DNA from: Clostridia bacterium
GTDB lineage: Bacteria > Bacillota > Clostridia > UMGS1883
Direction: 5' to 3'
DNA: 64,000 bases
Assembly: GCA_051866635.1 (NCBI GenBank)
Contig: JBJDXJ010000052.1
Span: forward strand, 30,440 to 94,439
Part shown: positions 59,015 to 64,000 of the stretch, piece after piece
How positions within the stretch are numbered: position 1 is the first letter of the stretch
Layout: every line of letters begins with the position of its first letter
Position numbers and translations under genes: made by a program
Notes under the pieces: model-generated
Told to the model about the DNA's origin: nothing
What the model saw: the letters and a program-made list of their open reading frames with translations, nothing else
The model's database searches: none

Positions 59015-61426
59015 TTATTGCTGAATGAAGTAATACCAGTCAGTGCCTATAGGCTTTAAGATTTTGTTTTTCAATTCTTCTTCCTGTGTATATACTATAC
59101 CATATTCCTTTTTATCATCGGTTTTACCAAAAGTAAAGCTTACCGCATTTTGACTTGCAGGATTGTACTTTATTGAAAAGACGGGGAACTTATCGGAAAT
59201 TTGAGTAATCAAGCTGATGGCACTGTCGGAAAGGGTTAAGAAGTTTCCCATCTTGTAGTCACGAATTTCAAGCCCATTCCCTACTTTATTTATGAAAACA
59301 CCATTTGAAAAATTCTTTTGAAGATAATTTGCAACAGTATTGAATGCCAATTCGTTCTTCTTTAAAAACATTTCGGCATTTTCTTCGGAAAAATCACCAT
59401 AGAAACCATCTTTGTCAACAGATACTCCTTCAAAATCTTCCGTGTTATCGTCCTCTTGGACAATATCGTTGTGCTTAATTTCTTCATCAGGGCTGTACAT
59501 CCACTTTACGGTTTTAATAATAAGTGCAGCGGCTTCTGCAACAGTGATGCTATCAAGCGGGTGCAGATATCCGTCAAATCCCGTAACAATACCTGTGGAG
59601 CACATTGTGTCAACATAGTCCTTAGCCCAGAAAGATATATCGTCACTGTCTTTAAATTCAACTGTTACATCACCCTTTTCAGCATTTGAAATTCTGGCAA
59701 GAATAATCATTGCCTCTTCCCTGCTGATAAGTTCTTCTGCCCTTATAAGACCTTTTTCATCACCTGTCATATATCCAATCTGCTGGGCTGTCACGCAGTC
59801 ATCGTGAAAAATATCATTTACGTCAAGATCGGAAAACTTTGACTTTCCTGAAACATAAAAGCCAAGAAGCCTGTTAATCATAGTAGCAAAATCACCGCGT
59901 GTAATATGGTCATCCGATACCAATGTTGCACCTGAAGGTGTTTCTCCGAAAGTATTAACAGTATCGCAGAACATTTTTCCCCAGTATGTGTCGTCATAAC
60001 CTGTAATAAAAGTGCCTTCCCTAACAACCTTCATTGAAACAGGTTCGCTTTTCAAAAGCGTATTTTCTTCGCTGTCTACTGCATAAATTGTTACAACAAC
60101 ATTTTCTGCATCAACCATTTCCTTTGTAGTTTCAACACATATATCAAACTCAAAACGTGCCGTGGATTGTGAATTTTCCCTGATAAGAAAGGGATTGTCC
60201 ATTACTTGATATAATTCGTTACCCTTTTTATCGGTTACAACGGCTTTTATTTTTGAAACCTTGTTTATCAGTTTGTAATTTGTTCCGGAAAGTGTTGCCG
60301 ATAAATCAGCAGGCGTGTACACACCGTAAAAATAGGTGCTATCGCCTTCTTTTACATTTATACCGTCTCTTAAGTTAAAATCAACGTTTATTGTATCAGT
60401 AATGCTTGAAAAAGATTCGGCACGGCATATTTCAATAAAAGCTTCTGATTTGCCCTTTACAATTTCGCCTTCCCGTACAAGATAGGCATCTGCAAAATTA
60501 AAATGTACAGCTTCATCACCTATATCATAATACAAATATGTTTTGTCGGAAACAGAATTTTCGTCAAAAACAACACCAAGCTTGATATTGTCAATAAGAT
60601 AGGTTGTATCCAGATAATTAAGAAGAATACTTACATTTTCACTTTTTGAATACTCAGTATTTATATTGTCAAGAAGTCGTTTTTCAATTTTATATACAAA
60701 TTGGTCAGTGTTTTCCGATATGTACTGTGAAGGGTCCCAAAATCCGACTATTGAATTTGTTAAAACTAAGTCATTTTCCCTGGCATATTCCGCTCCGTAG
60801 CCGTTTTTAGCTATGAGCCTTTCCTTTTTTGTGCCGAAAGTCAAAACCCGGTTTGTACGGCATACCTCGTCCCCGTACAAATCAATAGCAGTGATAATAA
60901 GCTCATACTCACCTTCCGTCAGGTCCGAAAGGAAGTTTTCATATTTATCCACATAGTTAATATCAAAATCCTTAGTAGCACCGCCGTAAATAACAGCAGA
61001 AAAGTAGTTTTCTTTTACAACAATTTTATTGCAGGCAAGCCTGATACTGTCACGATCAACACCGTCGTAAATAATGTCAGGCGGTGTAAAATTGTTTACA
61101 TATTGACCCTTAACGTCGTTTAAAGAAGAACCGTACTGGTAGTCCGACAAAAAATATGTTGCAGACGTAAGACCATTAGGACCTACATCACTTTCAAGAA
61201 TACGCACAGCTTCGCCCTTTGAATTATTGATGCGTATACGTATATTCAAGGGCATTTCTTTTGCACTTTTGCCATCACGGTCAATTGTTCCCACAACATA
61301 AAAATCTCTTGTAGGTGTAATTTCAGTATCAATAGGTGCTGTAACAATAATATTTGCACATTGTGCAACTGCGGTAAATGAAAAAATCATTATTAAAGAC
61401 ACCATTAAAGAAATAAATCTTTTCAT
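59015..61426 (-). CDS. Secreted S-layer-homology (SLH) domain protein of unknown function
   Basis: Signal peptide; SLH-type words ITRGDFA, ISREEA, FKDSDDISFWAK, GIVTG, ITVAEAA. Confidence 0.8.
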   Translation of the reverse strand: MKRFISLMVSLIMIFSFTAVAQCANIIVTAPIDTEITPTRDFYVVGTIDRDGKSAKEMPLNIRIRINNSKGEAVRILESDVGPNGLTSATYFLSDYQYGSSLNDVKGQYVNNFTPPDIIYDGVDRDSIRLACNKIVVKENYFSAVIYGGATKDFDINYVDKYENFLSDLTEGEYELIITAIDLYGDEVCRTNRVLTFGTKKERLIAKNGYGAEYARENDLVLTNSIVGFWDPSQYISENTDQFVYKIEKRLLDNINTEYSKSENVSILLNYLDTTYLIDNIKLGVVFDENSVSDKTYLYYDIGDEAVHFNFADAYLVREGEIVKGKSEAFIEICRAESFSSITDTINVDFNLRDGINVKEGDSTYFYGVYTPADLSATLSGTNYKLINKVSKIKAVVTDKKGNELYQVMDNPFLIRENSQSTARFEFDICVETTKEMVDAENVVVTIYAVDSEENTLLKSEPVSMKVVREGTFITGYDDTYWGKMFCDTVNTFGETPSGATLVSDDHITRGDFATMINRLLGFYVSGKSKFSDLDVNDIFHDDCVTAQQIGYMTGDEKGLIRAEELISREEAMIILARISNAEKGDVTVEFKDSDDISFWAKDYVDTMCSTGIVTGFDGYLHPLDSITVAEAAALIIKTVKWMYSPDEEIKHNDIVQEDDNTEDFEGVSVDKDGFYGDFSEENAEMFLKKNELAFNTVANYLQKNFSNGVFINKVGNGLEIRDYKMGNFLTLSDSAISLITQISDKFPVFSIKYNPASQNAVSFTFGKTDDKKEYGIVYTQEEELKNKILKPIGTDWYYFIQQ

Positions 61427-61452
61427 AGGGGTATATTCCTTTCACAGTTGAA

Positions 61453-61481
61453 TGCAGAAAGCGTTAAAAACGCTTTCTGCA
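61453..61481 (-). terminator. Hairpin downstream of araA
   Basis: TGCAGAAAGCGTT...AACGCTTTCTGCA. Confidence 0.65.
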
Positions 61482-61493
61482 CAATTAAAAGCC

Positions 61494-62957
61494 TTATTTA
61501 AGTTTATATGCAATGTCATTATAGAACAGTTCTTTCTGTAATGAGTTAACATCTGTGTTTTTATCAATAAGGACAAATTCGATATCGCACATCTTCGCAA
61601 AATCACGAAGCTCATCCACTGTAAGTGCTGTTGAAAGACAAGTATGATGTGCACCGCCTGCATAAATCCAACATTCGGCACTTGTTGCCAAATCGGGATG
61701 AGGTCTCCAAAGGACACTGGCTACAGGAAGCTTGGGCATTGCATGTGTATTTTCAACAACATCCATTGTGGAAACAATCATTCTAAAGCGGTTGCCCATA
61801 TCAATAATTGTAGCGGCAATACCGTCACCGGGTTTAGAGTCAAACACCAATCTTGCGGGAGGATTTTTACCGCCGATACCCAAGGGATGAACTTCAATCT
61901 TAGGTTTACCAGCCGCAATGGAAGGACAAACCTCAAGCATATGAGCACCAAGTGCCATTTCATTTCCTTCTTCAAGGTGATATGTATAATCCTCCATGAA
62001 AAGTGTGGCACCGTCCTTGCCCTGTGCCATATACTTCATAATTGCGGTAAGTGCAGATGTCTTCCAGTCACCTTCACCACCGAAACCGTAACCATCGAAA
62101 TGTAAATCCTGTACAGCAAGACCGGGAAGTTGCTTAAGATTATGTAAATCTTCGAAAGTTGTAGTAAATGCTCTGTATCCACCATTGTCAAGGAACTTCT
62201 TAATACCGACTTCATAAAGAGCCTGTATACGTACAGCTTCAACATTGTCAGTATTCATTTCATAGCGTTCATTATAAATAGCCATCTGTGCATCAACTTC
62301 ATCGTCAGTTACCTGTGCAATAACGTCTGTAAGGTCGCCTACACCATAACCGTTAACCTGCCAACCGAATTTGATTTCAGCTTCAACCTTATCACCTTCA
62401 GTAACTGCAACATAACGCATATTGTCACCAAAACGTGCAACCTTCAAGCTCTTTGAAAAAGCGTATCCGGCAGCAGCTCTTGCCCATGATTCAATATCAG
62501 AAATAACCTTAGGGCTTGTCCAATGACCTGCAACAACTTTCCTTGCAATACCCATTCTTGTTGCAATAAAACCGTGTTCACGGTCACCGTGAGCTGACTG
62601 GTTAAGATTCATAAAGTCCATGTCAATGGTATCCCAAGGAATTTCACGGTTGTACTGTGTGTGGAGATGCAAAAGAGGCTTTTGAAGCATATTAAAGCCT
62701 GAAATCCACATTTTAGAGGGAGAAAATACATGCATCCATGTAATTACACCGATACATTCATCATCTGCATTAGCCGCCTTGAAAACAGCAGAAATTTCAT
62801 CGGGCAATGTTACAAGCCCTTTTGAAATGACAGTTACGGGCAAATTTTTATCAAGATGTGCGGCAATTTCCGCAGCATGAGCATTCATTTCAGCAAAAGC
62901 ATCTGTTCCGTAAAGATGCTGACCGCCTGTTATAAACCAGACCTTTTTATTTTTCAT
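61494..62957 (-). CDS. araA: L-arabinose isomerase
   Basis: QHLYG, WMHVFSP, MNLNQSAHGDRE, FGDNMR.VAVTEGDK, GEGDWK, FMEDYTY, AHMLEVCP, AGGAHHT. Confidence 0.97.
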   Translation of the reverse strand: MKNKKVWFITGGQHLYGTDAFAEMNAHAAEIAAHLDKNLPVTVISKGLVTLPDEISAVFKAANADDECIGVITWMHVFSPSKMWISGFNMLQKPLLHLHTQYNREIPWDTIDMDFMNLNQSAHGDREHGFIATRMGIARKVVAGHWTSPKVISDIESWARAAAGYAFSKSLKVARFGDNMRYVAVTEGDKVEAEIKFGWQVNGYGVGDLTDVIAQVTDDEVDAQMAIYNERYEMNTDNVEAVRIQALYEVGIKKFLDNGGYRAFTTTFEDLHNLKQLPGLAVQDLHFDGYGFGGEGDWKTSALTAIMKYMAQGKDGATLFMEDYTYHLEEGNEMALGAHMLEVCPSIAAGKPKIEVHPLGIGGKNPPARLVFDSKPGDGIAATIIDMGNRFRMIVSTMDVVENTHAMPKLPVASVLWRPHPDLATSAECWIYAGGAHHTCLSTALTVDELRDFAKMCDIEFVLIDKNTDVNSLQKELFYNDIAYKLK

Positions 62958-63027
62958 AACTTTTCATCCTTCCTTTAAGTAAATATGTTAAGTATATTAT
63001 AACACATTCTTTTCGTTTCTGCAACAT

Positions 63028-63186
63028 TTATGTTGCATATTGGAAAAATAAAAATGCAGAAAATATTACCGTAAAAACCAAAAAACAGAAGCCTGTCCTG
63101 TTTCCGCATTTTAATTCGTACCAACCATAGGAAAGGGTATAAATTTCTATAAAAACTAATATTGTCAACAGTACAAAAAACTGCAA
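63028..63186 (-). CDS. Small two-TM protein downstream of the Ger(x)C gene
   Basis: TTG 63186 with AGGTGA RBS; YTLSYGWYELK..N..G flanked by hydrophobic helices. Confidence 0.55.
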   Translation of the reverse strand: MQFFVLLTILVFIEIYTLSYGWYELKCGNRTGFCFLVFTVIFSAFLFFQYAT

Positions 63187-63190
63187 GATC

Positions 63191-64000
63191 TCACCTGCCT
63201 TTCTGTGAAAGTTCACCGTAAGTTCGCATTGTTATATCTACAGACACATTAAATTGAGCATTTTTGAATTTTTCTTTCCAATTGTAATCTTTCCATTGAT
63301 TAATTGTTGCAAAATTTGATTTGGCAACTTCTGAAAAACCGCATATATCGCTGTCAATTTCTTTTGATGTTTTATTTAAGAACTTAATCAAAGATTCCTT
63401 TATTCCTTCTTCTGCATAAATTTCAAATGATTGCGGGTCTTTTATGCAGTCAGAATATTGTCCCACCTGAGTGAAATCGCCTTCAAGATAAACCTTGACA
63501 TCTATCACAGGATTTTCTTTGCAATCAACCTTAATTTCGGGCCTCTTTTTCTGTGAGACATAACAGGTAACCATAGTTTGGGGTGCCTCGGGATTGGAAA
63601 AGGATACGTATGTGTCGGGAAAACTGTTTGTGATAATCTGTAAATTTCTGCTTTCCAGTCTGCCTAATATACACACATACTTTCCCCCTTTTAAAACAGC
63701 AACACCTCTTATTTCCGCAGGGTTGTCGCTTGAAGCAACAGTTTCACCTGCTACGGTATTTATGGCAAAATCGTCTGTGTATTCGCTGAAATACGAAGGT
63801 ATAGTTTCATTTTCGCTTGGATTATCTGATGCTTCTTCCGAAGGTGGTTCGGTAGGTTCTTCGCTTTTTGTCAGAAACTTAATATCATTTAAAGCACAAA
63901 AAGGAAGTACGCTTGACTCGCTTTCTCCAAGGAGACGAAAATATGAATCATATAAATATAAATCGCCTTTTGTGCCTAAGGTCATTTTATTGAAAATTAT
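63191..64000 (-). CDS. Ger(x)C-family spore germination protein (5' end outside the window)
   Basis: GVAVLKG and C-terminal SDICGF...W..YNW...F.NA.F.V.V GerC pattern; frame open to the window edge. Confidence 0.82.
   Translation of the reverse strand: MIFNKMTLGTKGDLYLYDSYFRLLGESESSVLPFCALNDIKFLTKSEEPTEPPSEEASDNPSENETIPSYFSEYTDDFAINTVAGETVASSDNPAEIRGVAVLKGGKYVCILGRLESRNLQIITNSFPDTYVSFSNPEAPQTMVTCYVSQKKRPEIKVDCKENPVIDVKVYLEGDFTQVGQYSDCIKDPQSFEIYAEEGIKESLIKFLNKTSKEIDSDICGFSEVAKSNFATINQWKDYNWKEKFKNAQFNVSVDITMRTYGELSQKGR

Noticed and set aside
337-62245. Numerous short antisense or alternate-frame ORFs in the ORF track
   Set aside because: They overlap well-supported genes and show no motifs or RBS; treated as shadow ORFs.

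Overview
64 kb of mostly core chromosome from a low-GC, spore-forming Clostridia-class bacterium (cwlD, pdaB-like, spoIIM-like, dacB, ytfJ and a Ger(x)C gene are present). Housekeeping content includes mnmA, nfo, mtaB, ktrAB, yceD-rpmF, tRNA-Arg(CCT), 6S RNA, dinB, a pur operon with split PurH functions, lysA, scpAB, rluB, a biotin-dependent Na+-decarboxylase/carboxyltransferase cluster, two Xer-family recombinases and araA. No CRISPR array, prophage or intact IS is visible. Four things stand out. (1) A cobalamin-riboswitch-led 7-gene operon (50.3-58.1 kb) couples an ECF transporter to a beta-propeller protein, three DUF4430-like domains and a membrane-anchored alpha-barrel protein; together these resemble a split transcobalamin-like B12 capture system. 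(2) A 1.3 kb islet behind tRNA-Arg holds a multi-hairpin element, a promoter/structured leader/terminator (orphan riboswitch candidate) ahead of a GNAT, an 82-bp diverged copy of the neighbouring deacetylase gene and a REP-like palindrome. (3) A small 'K-x-[FM]-[IL]-W-N-K-...-P' module is shared by two unrelated secreted proteins. (4) The MreB and XerD paralogs have degenerate catalytic residues. All family assignments come from motif recognition by eye, not database searches.
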